A DNA stretch of 64,000 bases from Podarcis pityusensis (taxonomy: Eukaryota), in NCBI GenBank assembly GCA_964106645.2, contig OZ067038.1. The stretch is one strand, 5' to 3'. Shown piece by piece: positions 37,277-51,165 of this stretch. A program made the translations under genes and the position numbers. Positions within the stretch are counted from its first letter, which is position 1. The number at the start of each line of letters is the position of its first letter. The notes below the pieces were generated by a model. That model did no database searches, was not told where the DNA came from, and worked only from the letters and a program-made list of their open reading frames with translations.

Positions 37277-37385
37277 TTATTATTATTACATTTCTATACT
37301 GCCCCTCATCTGAGGATCACATGGTGGTTTACAATATAAAAATTCATAATGTAGTAACAAACAAAAACAACACCCTCCCCCTACA
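37277..37385 (-). mobile_element. L2 3' tail remnant
   Basis: ttattattatt..ctatactgccc..gaggatcac..ggtggtttacaat, reverse of the tail seen at 31250-31323. Confidence 0.55.
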
Positions 37386-38748
37386 CACATGGTATTATTA
37401 TTTTGTTAATAACTTTAGCAGGTTATTATTACAACTATGTCTACTTTGCACAGTTATGTGCTAGGTGCTGTACAGGACACATACACAGCACAGGTCATCC
37501 CAATAGAATTAACTATCTATAACCTATAACTAGACATAGGGGGGGCAGATACAGAGGTAAAGAATTGACAATGAAAAGTGGGGAGACGGACTGGGAGGGA
37601 GCAGAATAGTCAAGGCAACAGGCAGCCTGAACATTTAAAGGCAACTACAAAGACTTTTATGAGCTTGGTGAAAATTCCAGAAGTGGGTGCATGGGTTCAT
37701 CATGTTTTCACATGGAGGAAGAAGACATGGAGTCAGAAATGACCCAGAGGTTCATGCCTCTGATATAGGGAAGGTGGCATCTTCAATAATGACAGAGAAG
37801 TGAGGAGGCAGCTGGTTGGGGTAACCAGAAGCAGTTGCCTTTGCCATGATCGTTCAGCACAATAAGCCTTTTTTTTTGTATAGCTCACATGATTGGAAAG
37901 CAGCAGGGCCAGCCCAAGGCACGTTGCTGCCTGAGACAAAACACAAGATGATCCCCCTCTCAGTCCGTTCCAGACAGAAGGAGGCTATACTGGGAGATTC
38001 ATTTTATGTCACTGGTGGGTGCTCCACTGCTCCTAAGGTGCCACGTGTGGAAAACATGGGGCAGGCCACGTGGCACACACAGCTCTGTCCTCCTGCACCT
38101 CACCTCAACTTGCTCACTATGTACTCCCAGGAAAGTGTGTTTAGGATTGCAATCCAAGAGTCTGTTATGACAAGTTAAGTTCCACACCACAATCAGGTCC
38201 ATTCTCTCTGAAGGGTCACAATTGACAGTGTGCTTGTTTGAAGTGTAAAGAAAAATAGCCCCAAACACACTGCATGGTTCACTACCATCTGGTTGGGTGA
38301 AGGTGGGACATCTATGACAGCCTCCCAGGGGCAAATGCTGCTGCCCAGCCATTATTCCCTGGATTCAGATTAGCTAAGCATTAATAGGGTTGTAAATCAC
38401 TGCCAAACCCAGGTGCAGAAAGGGTAAACGTTGAACCTCTTTTTGTATGCTGTAAAATGCATGCAATACATGAAGGATGCTTCCTGGCTGTCTGCTGCAT
38501 AAATATGTTCACCGTTAACCCTGTTTCGGGTGATTTCAGTCCACAAAAAGAAAAGTAGTCAAAAACAGGTGATAAGGCAATATGACAGATTGCAGATCTG
38601 TGCCAGAAAAACGAGAAATAAAATTAGGCTAAAAGTCCAAGTCAGTAAACTATTGTGATCCCACCATGCCATGCCCTGATTCAGTGGGAAGACAGATAGC
38701 TTACCTCACACTAGGTCAGACCTTTGGCCAGCTCAATACTGTCTTCAT

Positions 38749-39076
38749 CAGGGTTGGGGAAACTTTTCCAGACCAAAGGCCATATTTCCTTTGGGACAAC
38801 CTTCTGAGGAGCTCTTGGCAGTGGTGGACAAGGCCAGTGGCAGAAGTGTGAGGAGCAACAAATACAAATGATACTTTCAAACAATAGGCAATTTCCGCAC
38901 ACACCTCTCTATTCCCCATCTGGACAAGTTCCAAGCTAAGGCACTTGGGGTGAAAAGCAGGGCCAGTGAGGGGTGTGGTCTAAGAAGAAGAGGTGTAGCC
39001 TAGGGAGAGTTCTGAGCACCAGACAGAGAAGCCCAAAGGCCTGCATTTGGCCCCTGGCCTAAGTATCCCAGCCCTG
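38749..39076. mobile_element. Non-autonomous hAT element
   Basis: CAGGGTTGGGGAA...TCCCAGCCCTG imperfect TIRs; gcctgcatttggccc subterminal motif; TSD not preserved. Confidence 0.65.
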
Positions 39077-39077
39077 T

Positions 39078-39193
39078 CCAGCAGCAGCTTTCCATGGTTT
39101 CAGACAAGTTATTTTTGTAGTCTAAGCTGAAATGCTAAGGATTGAATCTAGAACTTTTTGCGTGTGTTCTACTACTGAGTTATGGCCTTTCCC
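39078..39193 (-). mobile_element. Squam2-type SINE, degraded
   Basis: ggtttcagaca..ggattgaatctagaac..tctactactgagttatggcc, the reverse of a tRNA-like head with A and B boxes. Confidence 0.6.
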
Positions 39194-41834
39194 AATAATT
39201 TAAAATTAGTAATTTTCCCACATTAAGGACAACAAAAAGGGAAAGGGAGCCAAAGAACTGAGTATAACTGGACTCTGAAGTTCCAATGTTAACCACTGTT
39301 CTCTCTTGCAGTCCCAAAATTCAAAGTGCAGTTTCAAGTGTGTTGCCTTTGTTTTCTTGTCATCCAGTACACAATCAGGGAGCTTTCACTTTCTCCAGCA
39401 ATCCCTGGATTTTGAGTACTCCAGTTCAGCACAAATTTGTCACTAAGGCTTTTGATAATTATAGTGCCGCTGAACAATAAATAGCACACAGAAAGTCTCT
39501 GTGGATGTAGGAATGGCATGTACAGTGACAGATACCATCTAAAGGAGTTCTTAGTGACAGATATGTCTGAAAGTCTAGTGAGTTTGCAGAGGGAGAGTTA
39601 AGAAAATCCTGCATGAGATGAATTTTGAATGAGAGCCAGGTACAAATTGCTGGCACAGTAAATGGCTGAGCTGGCTTAATTCAAGAACAAGAAACAAAAT
39701 AGCAACAGCTCTTGCATTCTCCTCAAGCACCCCAATTTGAAAAGCACAATGTTCAATTGAGCTTGTTTGAAACATCTGGAGACACTTGCCCTGCAGGGCA
39801 AACCTTTGGTGTGTTCTGGATTTATTACTTCCTGCTTTTCTAATTTGTTGCACTAATTTTGAAATACTAGTTAAAAGGAAATTGATCCAGATGACAATGT
39901 ATTTCTTTCCATCTATACAATTCTAGTATTTTCCAGAATTTCTTGGGGGTTTTTCCCACTAGACTATCTTTTCTGTATTTGTTATTTAAATCTGATGCTT
40001 AAAACATGCAAAGTACTTCAAAAATAATAGGCACAATCTTTTTCGTATTTGATTGTGAAGGACATATCTGTAGAGTGTTTTATTAACCTAACAAAGGTTG
40101 GAAGCTAACTAACAAAAAATGCAAACCCATTATTGCAATTCCTGGGTCTCTGTTTTCTAAGAAGTGCACCAATTTTTAAAAATGTAGACAATCTGTGTAG
40201 CCACCAGTGATGTTCAGTTCCCAAGGGCAAGTTATGCCTTGCACTTCAAAAGATTGTTCTGGATATGAGATTCTGGGTGCCATCTATCACAAACTGCTGT
40301 GGCATGTCCTTCATTAACACTCCTATGCTCAATCATAATGTCTGTGAATGACCAACACTCTAAATACTTCCCAGATTTGAGCAAGGTTCGTAATTTACAT
40401 TCATGATGTAGCTGTCTTCATTCATGCAGCAGTGGCTATAACTAAATGGAACTTTTACCAACAGTTACCATGACCAAATAAGAAGGGGTGGCTATTACCT
40501 TCATGTTCTGCTTCCAAGCGTCCAGAGGAATTTGATTGGATGCTGTTGGAAGCGGAATACTCAGCTGGTGGCCTGATCCAACAAAGTAATTCAGATGACT
40601 TAAGAGCAAGTGTTTCTTCCCAGTCTGGACCAGTGCACAGACTGATGAATTTCCATCTGAAACTCCAGGTTCAAAAACCTTTTTGGCATAACCTCCTCGT
40701 GCCTCCTTGGGAAATACATCTTTTCAACCTTACTTCCCCATCTGTGAAAAGCAAACATCGGCCTACCTTACAAGAATTTTTTTTTATACTAATGGAGATA
40801 AAGGGCAAACTTCAGCCAAAGTTAAGCATTTTCCATTCCAATGACATCAATGTAAGAGGTTTAATTTGCATGCTTATCGTTTCCATTTAAATCCATGGAA
40901 CTTTAAAATGCTTAACTTGCCTGGATTATGTACAACACTGCATGCTAAAAAAAAGTTAGCTATTTACACATGCACAAGGCAACAACCATTAGGTTGCTGA
41001 TGTCATTTTCATGGCCAGTCCCACGGCCAATGAAGCCCTCTGCAAGCTGAAAATCAGCTTGCATCATCTAATGTGAGAGATGGTGCAGTGAGAAGCTGAA
41101 GAAAATTCTGGCTCACATACAGTTCCATTGCCTGCACATAAATGGGTCCTTTGGATCTCAGCCAAAATAATAATAAAACTGCTCCACCATGAGTACCAAT
41201 CGGATGCACTCATCAAAGAACATTACTGGATGGGAGGTAGCTGCAATATCATAATCCTGACCTGTAATAGCCACTGTGTTTGTGGGCACACACATCTGAA
41301 ATAATGCATGGGGGAACAACAGTTTTGGGGTGGCAATTTGGAGCTGGGAAATGGAAGGTGAAGAAAGGGTCCCTCAAATCTTTTATGCTATCATCCTCCT
41401 TGAAGCAGCTTTTCCTGTTCTGTATTGGCCATCCAAGCATAGAGTCTGAGCCTCAGTTTTGATTACAGGTGTTGTTTTCCTTTGAGTCCTTTCACTGTTA
41501 AAATACCCTGTTTATCCACTGTTGACACTATTATGTTGAAAGGAAGGAACATTTATATTGTTCTAAGCTAAGCTGGATGGAAGGCAATCAGGAGAGAAGA
41601 AAGGTTTTGTTGGCCAGGGCCACATTTAATTGAAATCAGTGTAAACATGAGTTTGAAATTGTTAAATTAATCAATTACAGTGACTAACAGCTGAAGTAAT
41701 TGCAGCAATAATATATCTGTGGGACCTAGCCCAGGAAGAAAACTTCAAGATTTTCCAGTGCCAGAAACTGGGACAGACCACCATGACAAGGTAACAGGAC
41801 ATAATAAGGAAATGCAAATTCTCTAATTTCTATA

Positions 41835-42045
41835 GCAAGGGGGAGCCATTATAGCTATGGACTACCTCCACTGCCAGGGCTGGCATGCTTATGAATACCA
41901 GTTGCTGGAAATCGCAAGTGGGGAACATATTGTTGCACTCAGGTCCTGCTTTATAGACATCCTATAGGCATCTAATCGTTTGCTGTGGGAACAGGATGCT
42001 GGACTAGATAGTCCTTTGGCCTGATACAGCATGGCTCTTATGTCC
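41835..42045 (+). mobile_element. CR1 LINE 3' UTR
   Basis: gaataccagttgctgg..ctcaggtcctgctt..ggcatct..gaacaggatgctggactagat..ggcctgat.cagcatggctcttatg, the squamate CR1 3' end layout. Confidence 0.8.
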
Positions 42046-44298
42046 TCAGTCCACAAATGTTTCCCTTCACATTCTTTGCAGAATTACTTTCAATAAAAGA
42101 TTAAGCAAGGATGTTTTGTGAGCGTAAGATTTCCTGTCAGAGCTTTGCAACACACGCCATTATTTATTCTGTCACAGGTGTTGTACTGTATGTTCATTGG
42201 AATGTACTTATGAGTGTACATAGGAAAGAGCACACACACAAACAAAAGGTAGCAACAGCACCTATGCATAAATAGGTATAATTCTAATCTAGCTTCAACA
42301 GCCCTTGCACCTGATCTAAATTTGGTCCCCTCATTTGGGGAGATCCTTAGAGGATATAAATAGGTGCTCTAGCTGCTAGTTCCTGCTCTTTACATCAGTG
42401 AAATATTCAGCTGATACGTTGTCTTTTTCTGATTCTGTTTCATTTAGAGTTCTGGGGGAGGAATTCATTCTCCTTCAGCAAATTTAAATGGCCCTCAGTT
42501 ACCATGGTTACTCTGAAGACATTCAAAAACTGCCTGCATGATGCAACCAGCTGAAATGACTAGGCACAAAAATTGATGTCCCTGTGAAAAAAGGCTGCTT
42601 GTCCAGCACTTAAAAGCAAACGGCCTGGATAGCATCAACACTGTGGTTGTAATATTTACCTCCATGGCTCCAGGCTCCAGCTCAAAGACTTGCAGAACTA
42701 TCAAAATTAGCATTTCCCATTGCAGTCTAGCTGGTGACATTGAGCACAAGTGCTTTTGTTTCAACAAAGCCCAGTGTGTTAAGTTCACTCCTGTGAGGTT
42801 TTAAGACAATGATGAAATGCTATTCAAGAGAGCAGCAAACAATGGGCCATTATCTACCCCATTCATCCGGCAAAGCAGACAAGGGGAAAGGTGTGTGTGT
42901 AGTAGGAAGGGGAAGCATTATTTGTATAGGAAATCATGTCACAAATTGCATGAGAAGCTGGGTGTAGAAACACTTTGTGCCTGCTGTCCTGCCATGCTCA
43001 GCAGGTCTTAGAGGGAAAAGCCATGGAGTTCCTTCTCTGCCTGCCTCCTCCCTTCACGTTTGCTACACCAGTTTAGACAAAAAACGCAATTTGAGACACA
43101 AGAAAAGCAGTTACATTCATACAAATAACCTGCACTTTTTTTCTCCACAGCACAGCTATTCATGCACCCACTAGGCTGAATATTTTTAGCTTGACAAAAC
43201 CCTGCTATTTTAATAATGATCTAAAGAAAGCACTGGAGTAATATTTTTTCTAATGCATTTTAATTCACCACCTTTCTTGCGGCCTGATACTGAACGGCTT
43301 ATTACTCTTCCCCCATATCATCTTGAACAAGGAAAAGCTTGCTGAACAAGGTGTACCAGATGGATTCAGATATCTGATTTTCATTATACTGGGGGACTGA
43401 CAACACTGCTTAGAAGTCTAAAATCATTGAATAAATGCTGCAGTATTTAAAATGGCATGGACAACCTTTCTTCCTTTGTATACCAACAGCAGAGACTTCA
43501 AGATTTTGTGTTTTGCTTAACAGCAAAAAACACTAATGTACTGAACATTCCCAGAGGGCATTGCAGTTTTAGGTCATAGGCCTGGTTCTCTCGATTGTTA
43601 GGAGACAGGACCATCTGCCCACCTCTCATCGCATCCCAAGATAGACTGGTCTTTCACATTTTGGAATGCAATGTACCACAAGCAGAGAGCAGGTGTACAA
43701 AGGTGCTTGCAAAGCAAATAGCGCCAGATGTCTGCTGCAAGGGGGGGGGGAGAAGAAGGGGGGGGGGAGAAAGAACCTCAGGATCACTGGTCAATCTGAC
43801 CTAAAGGAAAATTCCTTTTGACTTAGCATGTCACAAATGCTACAGTTGTCAGATTCCTAAGCATGAAGAAAGTCACCCACTGAATCATTACAGAGCAAAT
43901 GTCATTGATCAGGGCACAACTCCTCACCTCCAAACATCTCCTCTGAGCCTGTTGAGGCAGCCCCTGATGCCTCAAATGAAATGGAGGAAAAGCAGATGGT
44001 GCAAGAGAAAAAAGTTCTGAGTTCCAAGTCTAACAGCTCATCACAACATTCCCTAATGGCTCATTTGCTCAGGATTTGTTTTTCTCTGTGTTTGCCAATA
44101 AAGCAGATGTCATCAAGGCACCCAATGTGTATCCCTTCCATGCCACAGGACAACAATTTTCTGTTGTTCAAATGTGATGCATGAATGGTTGCCAGGAGGC
44201 TAGCTGCTTCCTGCCCACATCCAGTTTGTGATTGCACCCAGCCCAGCCGTTCTCATCACCTTCCGAACAGCATAGTAAAAAAGGATGTATATACTACC

Positions 44299-44554
44299 TA
44301 GGGTTGCCATATTTCAAAAAGTAAAATTCCCGACACCCGCAAAGTTGTTCAGCTTTGTTGGGCCTTTTGGGGGGGAACCTCCCCCAAAATAGCAATTTTA
44401 AGCTTTTGGAGCTGTTTCCACTGCCTTTTCCATCACATTCCTATACATCCAGGTTTTCCCAAACATTTTGCCGTTTCAGCAAAATTTCCCGATGCCATTT
44501 TTACACCCGAAAACCAGGACAAGTCAGGAATTTTCCTGATGTATGGCAAGCCTA
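44299..44554. mobile_element. hAT-Tip100-like MITE
   Basis: TIRs TAGGGTTGCCATA...TATGGCAAGCCTA; TSD atactacc / atgctacc (7 of 8). Confidence 0.88.
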
Positions 44555-46194
44555 ATGCTACCTCTTCTTATGACCAGTGCTAGAAATTTATGGAACAACT
44601 CTAGTTTACCCACATTTTTTCTTCTTCCAAAATGTCTTCCAAAGGAGCCAAATACGACCATGGTTCTTCCCTTTTATTTTGACTCCATGAACCTTTTTTT
44701 TTGGGGGGGGGAGCAAAAATAAATAAATATCCTTTTGCTTTTTATTAGCTATATATGAAGAGGTTGGGACACTTTATTCTGAGTGAGCCTAAGTCCACCC
44801 AGAATAAAATATCACACACCCGTGTAAAAAATAATAATTCACAAGCACATAAATATCATCCAGGGATGGGGGCTCAGGGCTGAGAGAGAGAGACTAGAGA
44901 ATGGCAGTGAAGTCTACTGTTGTTATTAGGTCTCTTCATATTCTTTTTAAAGGAAAATGCAGTTGTGGGTATTGTTTTTTTTCACGTTCACTGCAGCAAT
45001 ATGTGTATTGATGGTGGGGAGAGGGGCAAGGCAGGAATGATTGCTTTCCCACAAATGGGGGCATCTTGTAGGTGAGTTGTTGCTTCTTGTTTAAGCACTT
45101 AAATGCCTCTATTCATGTCAAATGTTCAAATCCTTTTTGCTTAAAAAAGAACGAGGTGGGAGGGTGACTTGTGTCAATAATGTTTCTATAGTTATTGTAA
45201 GATATATATATATATTTTAAAGCACAAAATTGCTCTTAGAATACATTCTTTACTTTTTAATCATTAAATCCTGATTCCATCCAAACATGGGATCTGAATC
45301 TTGGTTGCTGTCTTAAATTTCTTTTGACACCCCCACCCCTATCCTGAAATACCTCGCCTAATCTTGCACTGAATGTAGTATAACCAAACTAAGATCAGTT
45401 GATTAAAACAAAAACAAAAACCACAGTAACATACTGTATATGGTTTACAGTGAATACATATTGAGGTTTTGCATGATTTAAGGTTATTGTGCCTTTATCA
45501 GCCATGAAGGAGGCAGAAATTCACTAGGTTAAGCATTTCCTCATATGAAAATATCATTATTGGAAAAGTCTCATCTGTCAGATATCTTATTACTTGTGTG
45601 TGGTCCCAAATGGATTATTTTTCTGTGGGTCAATGGTCCTTCATAGGAAAAGAGTTTTCTATCCTTGCCTTACACTGAGCTAAGCAAAGAGAAAGCCCAG
45701 AGGGCAGGTAAGAAGTCACCTGACCAGGTCACATGTTTCCTCACTATGACAAGTGATGGTGTTTCTATTTAAATTACAGAAATTATTTCTATTTTTGAAT
45801 GTATCCATAGAAATTAGCAGAGGGTTATTTTATGCCATTTGTGCCATCTTCTGCAGTAAGACATAAGTCCTATACACACTGAGTGCATTGGGCCCAAAAA
45901 TTATGCTGGTGTTCCTGCATACACAGGGGGAGAAGAGGTTGTGTGAGAAGACCCTTGTTTCTGTGCATGCACCAACTTATTTGCATCTCACCCGCAACAG
46001 TTCCATAAAATGCTAATAGGAAAGAAGGAAAGAAAAGTGTGGACAACAGCAATGATTAAGATTGTGATATTCTCTGTCATTATTCTCTGTTACCTGCTTT
46101 GAGCTTCAGGGCAGGAACTTAAACTGAGGCCGCTTCTGGGAACCCCAACAGTTAAAAGTTCCTGTGAAGCAGCGAAAGTTCCTGCCTTCAAGCA

Positions 46195-46515
46195 TGGGAG
46201 AGTAACTTGGGTGTTTTCTGTTATTGCCTTGAAGATTTGGAATAAATTCCCTGCTGGTGCATGGAGCTGTCATTCTCTGGTTGTTATCAGGAGAAAAATG
46301 TAATACTTGTCTGTTTTCCAAGCATTTTTTAAAAAGTGTGTTGTGTTGTGGTTCTACTGTTTGCTTCACTTTAAAGGCTGGGTCTTGGAGCAGAATATTA
46401 TGAATATTTTTTACTTGTTGGTTTTCTTTGTGCATTTTTATTTATGTTTGATATTTCGATCTATTGTGTGTTACATAAAGAAAACTGGGTGAAGTAGGAT
46501 ATAAATTTATAAAAT
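46195..46515 (+). mobile_element. Degraded L2-like 3' end
   Basis: FSVIALKIWNKFP (cf. FSVxAPxLWNxLP), then T-rich UTR and gtaggatataaat tail. Confidence 0.4.
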
Positions 46516-47409
46516 TAAAATTTTTTAAAAATAGCCTTGCCATGAACAAGATATATGCAGTATGAGAGACAGGCAGGCAGGAATTATTACCTCTGAAGAA
46601 AAAGTTTGCCTTACAAGGTCCAGTGGAGAGGAACAGATCAACAAAGGAACAGCCTTCAAATATTAAGCCATATGTCTAATAGAGCAGGCAAAAGAGCAGA
46701 TCGATGCGCTTCCAGATGTACAGCCTAAGATAAGAGTTGTTCAGTCTTTCACAAGGAACAGAAAAGGCATTGCAAATGGCAAAGGGTGATTCTGTCTTCC
46801 TATTCCATTTCCAGGAAAGTAATTGCTAAAGGTAAAAAGTCTGCAGTTTATTTCGGTAAGCCTGTTTGTTACCCATTGCTCTGCTCCCCAATCTGCCCCA
46901 AACCACAAATTTATCATCTGTATCATAATTTGGTCTCCAACAGCAAAGTTCCAAAGGAGCTGTTGCTTATAGTATTAATGGAGTTAGATAGGCAGGTGTT
47001 TTCTTTTATTCAGCCCTATGCCTGCAAGCAGCAGAACCCAAGGACTAAAAAAAAAGTCCAGCTCTACGAAGCACATGCAGCTTACAGCTTGGAAATATGC
47101 ATGTTTATGTGGAAGTAAGTTTTCCTGTGCTCAGTGAAAGTAAGTCTACACAGCACAGCAGCCTTCCTTAGTTCTTCTTAGCAAAAGAGGATATGCGAGC
47201 ACTATGCCATGCTTTATCATCATGCAGCAGCAGCAGCAGCAGCACTGTGAATGCCCTGGCTGTCCTGCTCCTGTTGTTGTTTCAGCAAACAGAAGAAGAC
47301 TGGTTAGGCTAAAGAACAAACAGCAGGAAATCCTTGGTGGCTGGTCCATTTCTACCCCATAGAAAAGCAGATGACCACTGGCCACATCCATTTTCTGTGC
47401 CCTCTAAAT

Positions 47410-47658
47410 CAGGGGTCAGCAACCTTTTTCAGCTGTGGGCCAATCCACTGTCCCTCAGACCATGTGGTGGGCCGGACTATATTGGGGGGGGGGTGTTAAC
47501 AAATTCCTATGCCCCACAAATAACCCAGAGATGCATTATAAATAAAAGGACACATTCTACTCATGTAAAAACACGCTGATTCCCGGACCATCTGCGGGCC
47601 GGATTGAAAAGGCGACTGGGCCGCATCCGGCCTCCAGGCCTTAGGTTGCCTACCCCTG
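47410..47658. mobile_element. Non-autonomous hAT (Charlie-like) element
   Basis: TIRs CAGGGGTCAGCAACC...GGTTGCCTACCCCTG; perfect 8-bp TSD ctctaaat (47402-47409 and 47659-47666). Confidence 0.92.
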
Positions 47659-48329
47659 CTCTAAATCACTGAAACATGCTCAGTGCTTCGTCTCACAAGT
47701 GACCGCACTGAGGAAGGCACCTAGCCAAACGACCCAGTGGAGAGAAAGCAGAATTGCTTGAAAGAAAACCCATTCACATAATGAGACCCTGCTGGCCATG
47801 TAAAAATCATCTATTAAATGTATCTTAAACCATTTCCCTTACTCTAATGACTGGCTGTGGGTCTCTTGATTTGTACTGGAAAAGTAACATTGCAAATGCA
47901 TCAGGCAGGGCACTGAGAACGAATGCACGGAACATATGCTGCTGTCTAGCTGTTTATGTTTCAGTATGTGAAAGGAAGCAGTTGTTTCAATAAATTCGAA
48001 ATGCATTTCTGTCACCCCTGAGATAAGAAAGTCAATACTGTTATTTAGATTACCAAGAAATGCAGGTGCAACAACTTTATTTTCCAAATATGCAAGCTTA
48101 AAAATCAAGACATACCAGTGCAGAAACTATTCTCTTATCAGCATCACATGCAGAACTTTTATACTTTCTGAATTTGGTATGCTTGTTCTAGGCAAATACA
48201 ATGCAGAAAGTATATATGCACCAGGGAGGAAAAGGAAGTACAATATTAATCATAGATGTGTATAGCATTTAAAGTTAGCACAGATACAGTAAGTTTCCAA
48301 ACTTTGTTGGGTTTTAAAGCTCTACTACA

Positions 48330-48860
48330 ATAGTAATAATAAAAAACCACTTTGAAGAAAAACAAGGCAGCTCACAAAAATTAAAACAAATGTGAATACA
48401 ACACAGAAAGCTAAAAATGTATAAAATGTATAAAAGAATTGTTTAAAAAATAAGTAAACTATAATAGAATTAAAATGAGATAAAAACAAATATAGTAAAA
48501 TGCATATAGTAAAAACAGCACAGCACTATTAAAAGCCCTTCCCTTAAAAACAATCTTCATCTGCAACAGAAGGACAACAAGGAGGGAACCAGTTTAGCCT
48601 GTCTAGGAAGGGAGTTCCAAGGTCTGGGTGCAGCCACTGAGAAGGCCCTGTCCCACGTTCCCACCAAACATGCCGGTGAGGGTGGCAGGACGGAGAGAAG
48701 GGCCTCCCCTGAAGTTCTCAGAGCCTGAGCAGGTGCATATGGGAGCCTGGGCCTAAACCATATAGGGCTTTCTAAGTCATAACCAGCAGAGTGATTTGTG
48801 CCCAGAAACACTCCGGTAGCCTGCAGAGCTGTTGTAACAAGGGAGCTGTATGCTCCATGG
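48330..48860 (-). mobile_element. L2 LINE 3' fragment
   Basis: YAPAQALRTSGEALLSV..RAFSVAAPRPWNSLPRQ..PSLLSF; A-rich (minus T-rich) 3' UTR. Confidence 0.85.
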
Positions 48861-49515
48861 CATTCATAATTATGTAATGCAAAGGGCAAGGAAAACATTC
48901 TAGTATGCTTATAAGAGGGTGGTTAAAGGGTATAGCTAATGTGGATTATTTATCTCTTGAGTATGCACCTTAAAGAGTGTGAAATATTCCCCCATTGGAA
49001 GTGAAAATATAGACAGAAGGAGCGATAGATTATCCTTAATAAAACAAAGAGAAGCAAACAATATTACCTGGTCTCGAGAGAAGGTGCCAACTGTGGATTG
49101 ATTTAGAGAGGACATATCTGTGGGATTAGAGCTGTAAGTATCAAGGTTTGCCAGCCATTTGTGCGCTAAAAAGGCTGTTTTTGCAGCTTAAGCCAGCCGA
49201 ATCTCAATAATACTTTTAGCCTCCATGATTCCTTCACAAGAGGTTTATGATTATGGCTTCAGGTTATAAAAGGAAAGGCCACACCAGTGACAGAGAAAAT
49301 GAAACCCATACATGTTGCTATAGATTTAATGACCAAATCAGCCTTCCAGCACAATGCTTCAGTCAAGTTTATCCCAATGAGTCTAAACACTTATTCTGAC
49401 ACAAGACATACATAGGTCATTCCTGCTTGTACAGCTCCTGCAGCTGTAAAAGTAGCTGATAGTCAATCATATAGGATTTACCTCCAATGAGAGGTTTCGG
49501 CTACAATCTTACTTA

Positions 49516-49838
49516 AAGGTAAAGGGATCCCTGACCGTTAGGTCCAGTTGCGAACAACTCTGGGGTTGCAACGCTCATCAGGCTTTATTGGCCAAGGGAG
49601 CCGGCGTACAGCTTCCGGGTCATGTGGCCAGCATGACTAAGCTGCTTCTGGTGAAACCAGAGCAGCACACGGAAATGCCGTTTACCTTCCCGCACTTTGG
49701 CATGCTTTCTAACTGCTAGGTTGGTAGGAGCTGGGACCAAACAACGGGAGCTCACCCCGTCGCGGGGATTTGAACCGCCAACCTTCTTATCGGCAAGTCC
49801 TAGTCTCCCTGGTTTAGACCACAGCACCATCCTTGTCT
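49516..49838 (-). mobile_element. Sauria SINE inserted into a palindromic MITE-like repeat
   Basis: aaaggtaaagg tail, Sauria body with a short internal deletion; TSD ct(a/g)caatcttactta (49501-49515 and 49839-49853). Confidence 0.95.
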
Positions 49839-49998
49839 CTGCAATCTTACTTACCTAGGAGTAAATGTCACTGAACACAATGGTGCTTACTTCTGAGTAG
49901 ACATGTATGGGATTATATTGTTAAGAACACACCATACACCACAGGGGTCACGAGCAGCATAGCAGACCACCTCTGGATTTTATTTCTATTACATGTTG

Positions 49999-50410
49999 AT
50001 GAATCTAGCTAAGACTAAAATAATGTTTAAAGAAGGGAACAATATGCAAATATAAAGTAAAGAAATTGAGCAAGTTGAAGAATATACCTATATAGGACAA
50101 AATAAAAATCATACTGGGGAGAGAAACCAAAGAGCAGAAATAAAAAGAAGAATAAAACAATTGTGGACAGCCTTTGGAAAAGTCATCTCCATATTGAAAA
50201 ATGAAAAGTATTTCCTTCATTATGGAGAGATACGACTCAGGCCAATGAAATAAAACAATGCTACAATTTTAAAAGACCAAGGGGACAGCCACTTATGTGA
50301 TGGATGGACAATCTAAAACTTGCTTGCTTCCTACAAAACTGTTGTAGGAAACAACAGAGAACTCTGGAGGGAACTTGAAGAGTTCCAAAAAACATCCAAA
50401 GATGGATGCA
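49999..50410 (+). pseudogene. Degenerate RTE-clade LINE fragment (not BovB-type)
   Basis: MNLAKTKIM...IEQVEEYTYIGQ...EIKRRIKQLWTAFGKVISILK, then KRPRGQP..WMDNLK and NRELWRELEEF; one in-frame stop and an internal deletion. Confidence 0.8.
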
Positions 50411-50894
50411 AGACACTGTAAAATAACAATAGCAGCAGCAGCAATTTCTAAGATTCAGAGCAATTATTTTCCACCTCTGTTATTACATAAGAATACAAAA
50501 TGAGCCTTGTGGGTCAGAGCAAAGGTCCAGCATCCAGCAGTGGCCTTTTACAGTGGCCCATACAGTGGAGGATTGAAAAAAGACATGGAATATATGCCAA
50601 AACTTATGCCTGCATAATTTGGTGATTTATATGCTACTCTCTGCTCTTCCTTTAAATAATCAAAGCAATAATACCGAAGTTTAGTGAAACTAAGTAGAGG
50701 GGAAAGTATTTTTAATGTTATGTTCAATACACATTTCCCTTGTTCACATATGTGACTGTTTAGGATTCAGGCTTTAGAGAGAGCTCTTTATAATGAACTA
50801 ATTGGCTCCAGTAGCTTCTTCCAGAAGGTAGAAGAAGAGATTGGGGATCAACTATCCTACACCTGATCTTCATCTACAATTAATAACTGGCTGA

Positions 50895-51165
50895 TGAGGT
50901 GAAAGTAGTACAGATCTTGGGATTTGTGATACCAAGGAAAGAGGAAACTTCTGCATAGTTGGGCACACACTCAAAACTTTAGGAAAGCTGATTTCAACAA
51001 GTTTAAAGAAATACTGGGTGTAAGCCCATGCATGGGTAGAAATACTAAGGGAGAAGGGGATTTCTTATCAGTGAGATTCATGAATGCACAATCACAAAGC
51101 ATTCCAATGCACAAGAAAAAATGGGTGGTGTCTAAAGAAACCAGAGTGGCTGTATAAGGAGCTTC
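50895..51165 (+). mobile_element. CR1 ORF2 fragment (end of endonuclease/linker)
   Basis: LADEVKV, FRKADFNKFKEILG, ILREKG, AQSQSIP, LKKPEWLYKEL; homologous to 13900-14210. Confidence 0.75.
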
